Assembly: GCA_964016885.1 (NCBI GenBank)
Contig: OZ024744.1
Coordinates: 77,686,001 to 77,750,000, forward strand
Reading direction: 5' to 3'
Origin: Eledone cirrhosa
Taxonomy: Eukaryota
DNA: 64,000 nucleotides
The notes under the pieces are model-generated. The model searched no databases. It saw only the letters and a list, made by a program, of their open reading frames with translations, and was not told the DNA's origin. Numbering within the stretch: position 1 is the stretch's first letter; each line of letters opens with the position of its first letter. This document shows, piece by piece, positions 51,994 to 64,000 of the stretch. The translations under genes and the position numbers were made by a program.

Positions 51994-53917
51994 AGAGAAA
52001 ACACTTTGAATGGTGTGTGTGTATATATATATATCATATATATGTATCCCAAGGAAAACAGCCATTGAATGAGATATATATATATCTAGCAGGGAAAATG
52101 GACGTTGAATGATATGTGTATTTGTATATATATATATAATGTGAACACATGGCAGGTAAAGGAAGCTGTCTTTTTATCTCAGTTCAGCCTCCACAATAAA
52201 TACGGGTTTTATTTGTAAGTTTGTATGTCATTTTATGTCCACATTCCATGCTGGCATGGGTTGGACGAGTCATCACAGTTCGAGTCAATTCTTATTCAGT
52301 TACTGCTCTTTAAACTAATCACTTAAGAGTATACTAGGTGCATTTTATCTTGGCACTATCACTAGAGGTTGTCGTGTCCTCAATAAGACTTAAGAGGACT
52401 CTCTATTTGATGTTGTCTCCATTCATTCAAGGCAAATGTGACCGAAACGGTGAATAGAAGAAAATCATGGTCGAGTATAGGGAAGAGAAGTGTGAGTATA
52501 AGGGATAAATATTAAGATTCAGTACCATCCCTCGTTACACAAGTGTTGTGACAGGAGATAGATAGATTAAAAAGGAGCTGTTGGAAAAGAGGTAGAGGTA
52601 ATGATATAGGTTGATGCTAGAAGATATTGAATACCATCTCTTGTTGCAATAGCAGCATTTTGCAGTGAATAGGACAGGGATTTATACTTAATGGGTGTGA
52701 AACCAATTGTAAATATATTATTCCTCCCTAGCTGCATTACCACCATACAGCCATCAAAACCATTTTTCCAGGTCTCCACTCATCACTGTTCTTTATTATC
52801 TACCTTTCTAGGTCAGTCTTCATCCATCTTCTTAGATCTCCCTCCTTTTCAACAGGCTTCAAGCACTCAGCACTTCTTTATACATTCTCCATACACATCA
52901 CATGCCTGCACTAATGAAGTTTTCTCTCTTGCACACTACATTTGATCCCTCTTATATCTAGCTTTTCTCTTAGCTCATTTGTCCTATGTTGCTCCCCGTG
53001 TATGCTAAGATTACACAAGACATCTAATGGAGCATGTTTGCTTCATATCTTTCTAGCTATCACAAATCTTATGCATTTACTAAAATATATACTTTGTGTA
53101 TTAGAAACTTTCTTGGGATACTGGTATTCCATTAGTTTTTATGATTATCTTTAAATTGATTTATAGGAATGATATTGACATTAAATGTTTTTATTCCCTA
53201 AGATTAATTTTTCAAGGGCATACTGTTGCATTTAAAACTAGACAAGAAAGAAGGCACAGCCTTAATGTTTAGGGTTTTGGACCAGGCAATGTATTGTGTC
53301 CTTGAGCAAGACTCATTATTTTACATTGCAAAAATAAGTTGTACCTGCAGTTCTAGAGGCCATCCTTGACACACTAAATCTACCTGAGAACTATGTTAGG
53401 GTTACATGTATCTGCAGGCTGCTCAGTCACATGAACATTAGTTTCATGTACAGGTAGTTCTGTTGATTGAAACAAGTAGTGGACTCATCAGAAATGACGG
53501 CCCAGCACACTTGCATTTACTGTCATATCAAACAGTTCAGTTTGACAGCAAAATTATATTTACTACAGTAAATAAAAAAATGACATAGAATAGTGATTAG
53601 GCTTTTATCAGGTATATACTATTATAGTATAAAAAGGATGTAACTTGCTTAGTTGGCATCAGATACAGTTGGTCATGCTGTCAGTAATAAATATAGTAAA
53701 TTGTATTTTAAATACGTAAATATTAACCATAAAGATGTGCAACATCAAGTATAGAAAAGTAAAGAAGGAATTGTAAGTCCCCCCTCCCTCCATGTGTTGA
53801 CATTTGGAAATGATTTGAATTAGGCATTGAAATTCAATAACTCAACAATGAGTAATGAGGGGAAAGGCAACAGGCATAATGCTGATGATATAAAATGCTA
53901 AAAGCTGCAAATTTTAG

Positions 53918-54768
53918 CTCTTTAGCATTTACTCTATATATACCATTATATTTTCATGGTAGGCTTTATCTCACATGATACCGAATCAGATTTTTATATT
54001 ATTTATTTTGAGAACTATACTTTAACATCAGTATGAGCAGCAGGTCTGAACAGAAAGAGATGAGAGAATTCTGGCTGGATATGGCCGGTTTAAATGCTAA
54101 AAGGTTAAGATATTATTAGTATAGATAAATATGTTCATTCTCCTCCATCACCACCATGCACACCCTAATAATAATTGAAGCTGGTAGATTAAAAATAGTT
54201 TCCTCTCGGTCAGAATATGAAGATATTTGGAATGAAAGGTGTCAGCTGGTCTCTATCCAAAAGAGTATTTTAATCCTTTCATTTCTAATAATTTTCAAAA
54301 TCAAGACTTTTGAAGGATTCAATAATATAACTAACTTTATCATTATTAATCTGCTATTTGGAGTATAATTTAACAAAGGTTCTTAAATAAAATTATAGTG
54401 GTGGGTTTCTAGATATAAAAAGCTTAGTATCATAGAACCAAGGACTGTTTGGGATCATAAGGGTTAAATTTATTTAAATCTTAGTACTTATTACCTTACT
54501 ATATTCAAGTCAGTTTGGAATTAATATAAAGTGCATTACATGACTTCTTGTTTAACCCTTTAGCACTTACATTACTCTATATTTACTATTGCTTTTTCAC
54601 AGTAAAGGCTTTACCTCACATAATTAATCTCAATAATATCGAATCTATGAGATTTTGACATTATTTATTTTGAGAACAATACTTTAACATTGGCCAACTA
54701 GGGTTAGTTTGAACATAAAAAAGGTGAGAAAATTCTGGCTGGATATGGCCAGTTTAAATGCTAAAGGG
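53918..54768 (-). mobile_element. Two MITE A copies (53918-54104; 54556-54768) flanking a family B fragment
   Basis: The second copy has ttaa-ccctttagcactta ... taaatgctaaaggg-ttaa. Confidence 0.8.
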
Positions 54769-55670
54769 TTAAGGGACATTTGTGACATTTCCAAGAGAGA
54801 TCTTTATTGATGTTAATCCCTTGTGTGTATGTATATATATATATATACGCGCACGCGCGCACACGCTCTCTCGCTCTCTTATAAATGACCAACTTCTTCA
54901 AATGCGGCCCAATTGATGTGCAGTTTCTATCATAGTGAATGTTTGACTGTGCTGAGTGCATTTCTCCACCACATCTACAATCCTTTCTAGTAAACGGTTT
55001 GTACATGCAGACACATATACATATATGATCAGAACTTTTAAAAGATAGTTTTAAAGTTTGGGGAAATGTTTTCTAAATTATTATTGAACAGATTAGATCG
55101 ATAAATTTGTGCACGTTTTTTATTTTATATATTTTTTTGGCGGGTTTGTTTTTGTTTTGTTTTTTGTTAAAAATTCATCTATAGATGGAAATGATTTTTT
55201 TTTATTAGTATTATTATTATTTGAACATTACGTTTCTGCATGCATTTTATAGACACGTAGTTGATTTTTTTTTTTCTTTTTTTTTTTTTTTCTTCCTGTA
55301 TGTGTAGCTTGTTTTATTTCAGGCATGCAGTGGAAGGATTCATTATTTTCATTTTTTATTTTTTTAAAGTTAATCCATGTTTCATTCCACTAGCTATGGT
55401 GATGGTGGTAGTTGTACTCAGTAGTTTGTAGTTATAGTAAAATGTTTTTGTTGTAGTTACACATGTAGCATTTTTTTTTTTTTTTTCACCAAGCAAAAAT
55501 ACGGGTTTGTAGAATTTTTTTTTGTTTTGTTTTTTTTTTGTTTTTCAAAAGTAGATCTTTTTTATTTTTATCTTGTGTTAATTCCGCACGATAATTGTTT
55601 TTAGATTTTCTGTGGATTAAAAGATATTTTTTGACAATAAGTTTGTTGCTCTTTTCACCATTAAAAAAAA

Positions 55671-55704
<34 letters not shown>

Positions 55705-56595
55705 TATAATCACAGTAGTATATTAAAAAAAAATGTTTTTTTTATTATGGCAAACTGAGAGGAGGAAAATGTTGCACCCATGGCAAATTTGCAAAACCTC
55801 TCAGACTGTTGAAAAAGGAATGAGTAACTGCAACAGGAGGCAACACATTATCAATTATTAACCTATCCTTGTTAAGGAGATTGTGTGTGAATGCTTGAAA
55901 CAGTGGGACTCTACTAAAACTACCCAAGGTGGTGTTAAACTTGATGATGGATTCAAGTCTACCAATAACATATTTATAGTCCTTCTGATAAGGCTTCCAC
56001 ACAGTTTCTATCTACCCATTTCCACTCACAATACTTTGGGTGCAATGTCCTGAGTCAGTGGCAAAAGATGGTGCCATACAGTGGGATCAAATTCAACACC
56101 TATTAATTGTGAGAGGCATTTCTTAAGCACGTGGTTATGTTTGGTTACATTTCTAAGAATGTATCGAGATAACAAATCTGACAATTTATCCTACCTGTTA
56201 GAAGACCTGCTTCAAAAATTTTATTTTAAAAAGTGTATAAGAAAATGGAACCCTATGACAGACAAGTGTTTTCTGGCTAAACAGTTGCTTTATCAATTAA
56301 TTAATGCTAGTATATAATTAAGGAATAAGCATATTTTTTTAAAATTTAATCATAGAAATTAATATGCATGGAATGGAAGCATAGGTTCCTCAATTTTAAG
56401 GCGTGGAACAATCTTCAAATAAACCACTCAGGGAGAGACTTAATTCATGTATATTATTCAGTGCTTGCTTATGTGTGTGTGCATGCGTGAGTATGTGTGT
56501 GTATATGAAACCATTTCCTTATTCTTATTTTGTCTTAATTGTTAATAATAAACATGTTTATATACATGCATACATATTTATATACAAATGTGTAA

Positions 56596-56626
<31 letters not shown>

Positions 56627-57182
56627 ATGTGTGTGTGTGTGACTATAGTTCCTTTTTTTTTTTTCCATTAATCATTTTCTTCAATTTATTTCCCTACACT
56701 GTATAAAATAAGTTATTTATCAAAATATACTCAGACATTGAAGAACAATGTTTCCTGAGTAAATTCTTTGTTTCTAAAACTTTAGCAAAAGTGCTTCTGG
56801 CAGGGTTTTTCAAAAACATTTAACTCGGGTCTTTTTACTGAAAGAGAGATAAGGAGAAAGAAAGAATGAAAGGAAGAAAGAGTATATTAATACTTAACTT
56901 TTATATATAAGCCAAACTACCCCTGTACAACTGAACATTTTTATACTTGTGTGAAGTGTGAAAATTTCAGTATAATTCTTTTTAAACCATTTCTAATATG
57001 TGGCTTTTCTTATTGTACATAAGTTTTGGTTTCAAATTCAATTTCCTTGTAATTTTTCCAAACAAGTTATATTTATATTGCAATTATTGAAAATTTCCTT
57101 CACTTTTTCTACTACAGAAAGGAAATGGGACAGATTTTCCATTTTATTGCTGTCGAGCAAAATTAGGCAATTTTATTTATTA

Positions 57183-57215
<33 letters not shown>

Positions 57216-57247
57216 ATGAAGGATATTCACATAATCAAAATATATGC

Positions 57248-57307
57248 TTTATTATATATATTTCAAAGGTACTGTGTTGTTTTTTCAGTACGTCTTCATC
57301 AGATAAA
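57248..57307 (-). ncRNA. Hammerhead-like motif, minus-strand arm
   Basis: Minus strand: tttat CTGATGA agac-gtactg...cagtac-cttt GAA ATATATAT A ataaa. Confidence 0.55.
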
Positions 57308-57400
57308 ATATATGATTTGATATATGACATACTGCTACTTCTTGATTATACTTGAGTTTAATCAAGATCATAGTGGTATGTCGTATATCAAATCATATAT

Positions 57401-57461
57401 TTTATCTGATGAAGACGTTCTGAAAAAACAACACAGTACCTTTTGAAATATATATAATAAA
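57401..57461 (+). ncRNA. Hammerhead-like motif, plus-strand arm
   Basis: Helix I tttat/ataaa; CTGATGA 57406-12; GAAA 57445-48; palindromic helix III ATATATAT; triplet AUA 57454-56. Confidence 0.55.
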
Positions 57462-57630
57462 GCATATATTTTGATTATGTGAATATCCTTCATTTGTTAA
57501 TATTTTGAATAATATTAAAAACTCCAGGAAAACTTTTTTGTTGAGTGCTTTTAATCTATTGTAAAATTGTATTCATTGAGTAATCAACGAACCATATTAA
57601 TCTTTGGTTATATATATATATATATATAAA

Positions 57631-57661
<31 letters not shown>

Positions 57662-58220
57662 GTTGTTTTTTTTTTTGTTGATCAATTCCTCTCTCCTTAT
57701 ATCAATCTACTTGCAGTTTCATGCAAGATTCATTGGTTGGTTTGTTTTTTTAATAACCTATAGGTTTTTTTTTTGTTTTTGTTTTTTTTACAAGAATAGA
57801 CCAAGCTTGAATTAAACAACATTCCCTCCCGACTGCAATCATGTTCTTTATCTTTGTGCTTACTTATTGTGTTGCTATATGTATCCTACTCTATTGTTTT
57901 CCAACCTGTTCTCCTTAGGTGATGGGGTGTGCCACAGGACTGAAATAAAATCTATTAATTTACTATATATTTTAGCTGCACAGATAAATATCTTAAGAAT
58001 ATATTTAAAAATCTATGAGTATGATTCTAAATGGAATATTAAGTCAAATTATAGCCTGTTCACCTTTTTTAATGTATGTGTCTCTTTGCAACAGTATTTA
58101 TGAGTGTTTGTTTTATGTATGTTATTATCTCCGCCCTTATTTTGATTTTACAACCATATGTGGGCATCATCATCATCATCATCATCATTTTACGTCCGCT
58201 TTTCCCTGCTTGCAAGGGTG

Positions 58221-58264
<44 letters not shown>

Positions 58265-58790
58265 ATCATTATGTTTGTTGTATTTGCATATATGTATGTA
58301 TGTGTGTGTAATGTATGTACAAAATAAAAAGACCGAATGATGGTCTGAAACCAATTCCAAGAACAACACAAGAAAAAGGAAATTTATAGATATATTAAAA
58401 TATTCATTTATTTATTTGTTCATCTTTCACTTATTCAACCATCTTCATTTTTTTTTTTTTTTTACATTATAAATGATCTTTCCTCTTCAAGACACACATT
58501 CAATAATTTAAAATGAAATAAGCAAAAGAATTTTTTTTTTTTTTCTTTTTTTCTAAGAATGATTGAAAGCCACTTAAAAATTCCTCTTTAAACTGTTATT
58601 GGCCACTTGCACATATCTACTGAAAATCCAGAAAATCCATGCAGAAACTAAATAAGTTTCTTATCACCCTTCTTCACTATAGTTTTTTTTTTTTTTTTTT
58701 TTTTTTTCCATTTCTTTCTTTCCTTCATTCTTCGTTTTCTATGTTTGCTGCTTAAATCCTTTGTGATTAAATGCATGATCTCTTTTTAAT

Positions 58791-58824
<34 letters not shown>

Positions 58825-59331
58825 GAATTATATTCTGTAAAAAAAAAAAAACTTGTGATTCTCATATTTATTTCCACATACATTACAAATATTACACATG
58901 CATATATACACACAACTATTTTTTCAAATATTTATAGAATCAATGGTTCATACCGCATTCTTCTCACTGTCAAGCTTCATTTTTTTTTTTTTTTCACCCC
59001 CATTCGGTATGCACTTTTCTATTTATTTTTGTCTTTTTTTTTTTTTTTTTTTTTTTTGAGATTTTTATATTCTTTGCTCATTAATTATCTTTTGTGTGTA
59101 TGTATGTGTGTGAGCATACATTGTTGGTTTGGTTGTCATCAAATATTTAATTTTTCTCTTTTTTTTCTTATATATTCCACCCCCACAACAAACCATAATT
59201 TTCAACTTGATTTGACTCTTAACTTTTTCTTTGATTTATATGTTTTTAAAAAGGAAAAGAACTCTTACTCTCAGGGATAAAGACAAGTTTCTTGCTTGCC
59301 AGTAAATGTGTATATATATGTTTTGTGTGTG

Positions 59332-59377
<46 letters not shown>

Positions 59378-61239
59378 TGTGTATGCATATGTATAATGAC
59401 TGCTCTCAGGGATTGGAACAAAATGTGGTGTAAAACAATATTAATAATAATTGTGACCAATAAATTAGGACTGTTCTTTAAGTCTTTTCTTTTATTTCTT
59501 TTTCCCTGTTCTTCTTCACTACACTTTTTCCTCAAAATTGTTATATTGCAGGTATTTCTTGAGTAGTGGAGTTAGACTAAAGGCCTCCACATTTGTAGCT
59601 CAAATTTCAATAGAGCCGACTTTGGTTTTTATCCAGGGGTTGGAAAGTTAAACTCCAGTAATACATTGGGGTTGATTTAATTGAGTGTTATACCTCTGCT
59701 TAATACAAAAATGGCCTTGTGCTTAGCCAAAAAAAAAATGGGTGGGGGAAAAGTTCAATATTGAAGCTGATATCATTGAAGATCTTTGATATAATGATTT
59801 ATCTATATATTTTTAATGCTGTAAACTGTTAGAAGAATATTTACATTTACATAATGCTTGGAGGAATGGTACGGCTAAATATCACAGAACTTTTTCTCAG
59901 GTGGCAGGGAAACAAAAAAATTCCTGAAAAGATCATGTGAATATCAGTCTGTACATTATTTGTTTACTAACACAAACAGCAGGGACAATTAGAACTTTGA
60001 AGATACTGAAACAAAGTCCATAATTTCTATTTGAGACTGGCAGGTTGTGCTAACACATTTTTTCGACCATCACAGTTCTTTTATACATCTTCAATAGAAG
60101 AGTTTCTTGATGTAAATTCATAAAATCTGTTTCTTCGAGTTTTTTTTTTTTTTTAATAAATTTTAGTGTTTATCTATCTCTTTACTTTTATATTATATAA
60201 TAATAACGATTGATGATGATGATGATGATGATAATAATAATAATAATAATCTGGTTCAAGCAGTATTACAATTTTTGAATATATTGGTGTAACTGTGGAG
60301 AAGAAATACTCATGACTTCAGATTCCATTGCTGCTTGAATGGAACACTGCACAATATTCTTCATTGCCTCAATTCACCAAACTGTTGAGAATAGGTAACA
60401 GATTTTATAGGGGAAAGTTGCCTGCAATAGTTTAGCATTCTACCTGGTGAAAAGAGAGGGATTTGAAACTCTCCTGCTCACCTATTAATCTTGTTGAAGT
60501 CACTAAGGTTTGAATTGAAAGAATTCTGATGCTAACTACTACTAATCGCCTCACTAGAACATGTTACCTATTTTGTTATTGTCAAATTTCAATATTTTAT
60601 AAAATTTATTGGAGTGAGTTTATATTTTAATTAGAAATTGGTCAGAATCCATTAACGATCTTTCTGGCATTTTGATTAAATTAATTTTCTTATTGGCCAT
60701 TAAATTGTTTTCTATTTCAGACTCTTTCATTTATATTTTAATAAAACAAGTCCTTGGCATTACTTCTCTCTTTTTTTCATTATTTGGCTGAATGACAAAT
60801 TGTATGCGTGTTTTGTTTTGTTTTTGTTTGTATTTTTTTTTATTATTATTTAATGTACTCAGGTATTTCACATACTTAATGATGTAACTAGCTCCCTTAT
60901 TCCTCATATTTTTTTCTTTCTTTTGGTCTTCAACTTTCGTTGAATTTCTCCTTATAACATAAAACAAAGTTATGTGTGTATCTATATATTTATACTTCTA
61001 ATTGCTCTATATTTGTTTTGTTTTGTTTGTGGTCTCTTTTTTTTTCTGTTTTTGTTTTTACACTATTGTGTATTTAGAATGAGCTATCTGATGCCAGGAA
61101 TCATTCCTTGGTGGTTTAGAAACTTGTCCCTTCAATATTATTCTTTCATGTATATGAAATTTATTGCATTCTAAAATCGGGCAATGGTCTATTAGTTCTA
61201 TAAAAACAGATTTGTGCAGGGTACCCAGTTGAATATACA

Positions 61240-61790
61240 TACATATATATTATATGTATAATATATATATTATATATATTATATGTATAATATATATTAT
61301 ATCATCATTATATGTATAATATATATATTAGATGTATAATATATATATTAGATGTATAATATATATATTAGATGTATAATATATATATTAGATGTATAAT
61401 ATATATATTATATGTATAATATATATATTATATGTATAATATATATATTATATGTATAATATATATATTATATGTATAATATATATATTATATGTATAAT
61501 ATATATATTATATGTATAATATATATATTATATGTATAATATATATATTATATGTATAATATATATATTATATGTATATTACATGTATAATATATGTATA
61601 TTACATGTATAATATATGTATATTACATGTATAATATATGTATATTACATGTATAATATATGTATATTACATGTATAATATATGTATATTACATGTATAA
61701 TATATGTATATTACATGTATAATATATGTATATTACATGTATAATATATGTATATTACATGTATATTATATGTATATTATATATGTATGT
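61240..61790. repeat. 20-bp then 22-bp AT-rich minisatellites
   Basis: (t/g)atgtataatatatatatta x~13, then tatgtatattacatgtataata x~8. Confidence 0.93.
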
Positions 61791-62509
61791 ATGAGACTGT
61801 GTATATATTCTATTCTAATTTTGTTTTTTCAACACATCATTTCTCACTGAATCATTCCATATGTTCTATTTATTTTGTGCCTACTCAGGTAGCAAAATTT
61901 AAAAAAACCAGCAAAATACTAAATTTCTCAGTTTGGAGATATTTTTAATAGCTTTCCCCTACAAAAATATATCCATTAGTTTAACCAGAAAACGAAACAA
62001 AAAAACCTGCCTACTTTAGCTACATACATACAGTCCATAATGAAAGGTGTAGCTTACAATATACACCTTATTTAAATTACTGCTTTTATAAATATCGCAC
62101 CTGTCCCTTTTTAATTATACATAATTCAATCTGGCAGCAAAAGTAGCAAGAGGTTTTTTTGTGGTTTTTTTTCTGCTCTGCTAAGTATATATATATATAT
62201 ATGTATATATATATTTCTGTGTGTATATATATGTTACATATGTAATGTATATATATGTAATCTCAGATTTCAACGGGTATGGAAACGTTTTTTTATGCAT
62301 GGAACCTTTCCATTTTTTCCTCCCTTTTTTATATGTATTGATTCATATCTACTGTTATCGAAATTTTGTTGAATATAAAGGAATAAAATGTGGCAAAAAA
62401 AAAAAAAATTCTTAATCTCTTGTTTTTATTTGTTTCTTGCTTAACCCTTTAGCCTTTACATTACTCTGTCAACCTGGGATATGATGATCGCAGATGGGCT
62501 GTCCGTTAA

Positions 62510-62784
62510 CTCTTTAGCATTTACATTACTCTATATATATATATATGTATACCAGGCATATCAAACTGAGGGTCCCCCAAGGGTCACACATGACAACTAA
62601 TTGCGCACATTACAACTATTTTTACAAAGATAAAACATGTTCACGCTATAAAAACCTTTGTGCGGGCTGCAGATGTGCTTGTAAAGGGCCGCCGCATGTT
62701 TGACATGCTTGATATATACTATTGTATTTTCATGGTAAACACTTTATCTCACATAGAATTCTGGCTGGTTTAAATGCAAAAGGG
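62510..62784 (-). mobile_element. MITE A interrupted by a hAT MITE (62553-62711)
   Basis: hAT TIRs CAGGCATATCAAAC / GTTTGACATGCTTG; 8-bp TSD atgtatac/atatatac. Confidence 0.8.
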
Positions 62785-64000
62785 TTTCATTAACACAAAA
62801 AAAATACTGCCTATGATTTTCAAATAATTTTGGGGGATTTAGTAATTAAACAATCTCATTATTCATCTGGTGCTTAGAACATAACCAGCCTAACAAGGGT
62901 TCTTACATAAAATTATGATGGAAGGTATTTAGATAAATATAATATAGTCTTTAAATGAACAGTTTTGTATCATAAAACCAAGGATGGTTTCAGGCATTTT
63001 GGTATGAAAAGGATTAATCCAGATTAACAAATTTAATCAATATTCAAATGTCATTTTTGTTACATTTTCCAAGCCTGCATGGGTCGGACAAGATTTTGGG
63101 AGACTGCTTTTATTCTATGGCCAGATTGCTTTTAAAATTATAATAGAGAGTTTTTATATATATATATATACTGTGAACAAAACATATCCAGTCTACACTG
63201 TAAAGTGGTCGTATAGGTGTCACGACAAAAAGCGCCCAGCCCACACTGTAAATGTGATTGGCATTAGTAAAAGTCGAAGTAAAGAAAAAAATCGGAAATG
63301 CATATATATGCTGGTGTCACGACAGAGCACCCAGCCCACACTATAGTGGTTGTGTATATGTCACAACAAAGAGCACCCTGCCCACACTTTACAGTGGTCA
63401 TAAAGGTGTGATGATAAAAAGCACCTTGCTCACACTGTTAGCCATAGAAACCTATCCAGAAACAGTCTCATGTGAGTAAGACGTGGTCACCTGACCCAAC
63501 GCCTCAAATGAGATGATCCGTCTAACCCATGCTAGCGTGGAAAATGGATGTTAAACAATGATGATCATCATCATTATATCACTTTTCTTTGCTTGCAAGG
63601 GTGGGACAGGTCCTTTTTCAGCAGCTCTTCATTTGCCATGGACCTTCGTCATTTCCTCTGTGAGCTTCAGCGATCTGAGGTCAGCTTTCACCACCTCCAC
63701 CCATGATTTTCATGGTTTTCCTTCCGCTGGGATTTCTTGGCACTTCTTTACCCAGCAGTCATCCGCCATGCGCATCACATGTCCATACTGTAAATGAGGT
63801 TGGCGTTAGTTAAAAAAATAAAGGTATATGTAACATTTTAAGACAGATGGGCAATTTGGTATCAAGATGGTTAAAACTGTTCATTGCAAATATGACGAAG
63901 AAAGGTTTAATTAGTTATTAACCACAAAATCTTGGATAATTTTGAAATACAAAATCTTCTGTTCCATGTTTAATTTCTAAAACTAGTAAACAGGATTTGT

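Larger units (their letters stand above)
57205..57504. repeat. 300-bp near-perfect palindrome in a (TA)n-flanked insert (inverted Penelope-like pLTR/retrozyme)
   Basis: Arms of ~130 bp differ by a few mismatches; inner stem cttgatta/taatcaag; unique ~105-bp tail to ~57609. Confidence 0.93.

Noticed and set aside
55745-56002. 85-aa minus-strand ORF in mostly unique sequence
   Set aside because: No recognisable domain or splice context; non-ATG start overlapping a SINE remnant.
57406-57430. Alternative compact hammerhead using the first GAAA (57422)
   Set aside because: No helix III or NUH triplet can form; only the GAAA at 57445 gives a complete fold.
11964-62912. Several TTATGTAA/TTACATAA PAR (D-box) motifs
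   Set aside because: The number seen is about what this AT content predicts, and several lie in MITEs.

Overview
AT-rich, repeat-dense eukaryotic DNA. The SINE, MITE and microsatellite repertoire resembles what I recall from octopus (coleoid cephalopod) genomes; this is an inference. There is one convincing protein-coding region: an uninterrupted 423-aa PAR-type bZIP transcription factor ORF of the giant/CES-2 group (44619-45890, +). It carries a PLDFS CtBP-type motif, follows a splice acceptor at 44549, and has a U-rich downstream region. The rest is (TA)n-derived satellite (source of nearly all long ORFs in the ORF track) and transposon debris: about 25 copies of a ~200-bp TTAA-flanked piggyBac-like MITE, a second TTAA MITE family, tRNA-derived SINEs with clear TSDs, RTE and CR1-like LINE remnants, a Penelope-like GIY-YIG remnant, non-autonomous Helitrons, and hAT and Tc1/pogo MITEs. 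Two observations stand out. (1) Short (TA)n-embedded elements carry minimal type-I hammerhead ribozyme motifs with a palindromic helix III (4545-4612; both arms of a 300-bp palindrome at 57205-57504). (2) A ~3-kb near-identical duplication begins and ends in MITE copies and is followed by a MITE-derived 68-bp minisatellite. All calls were made by eye; no searches were run.
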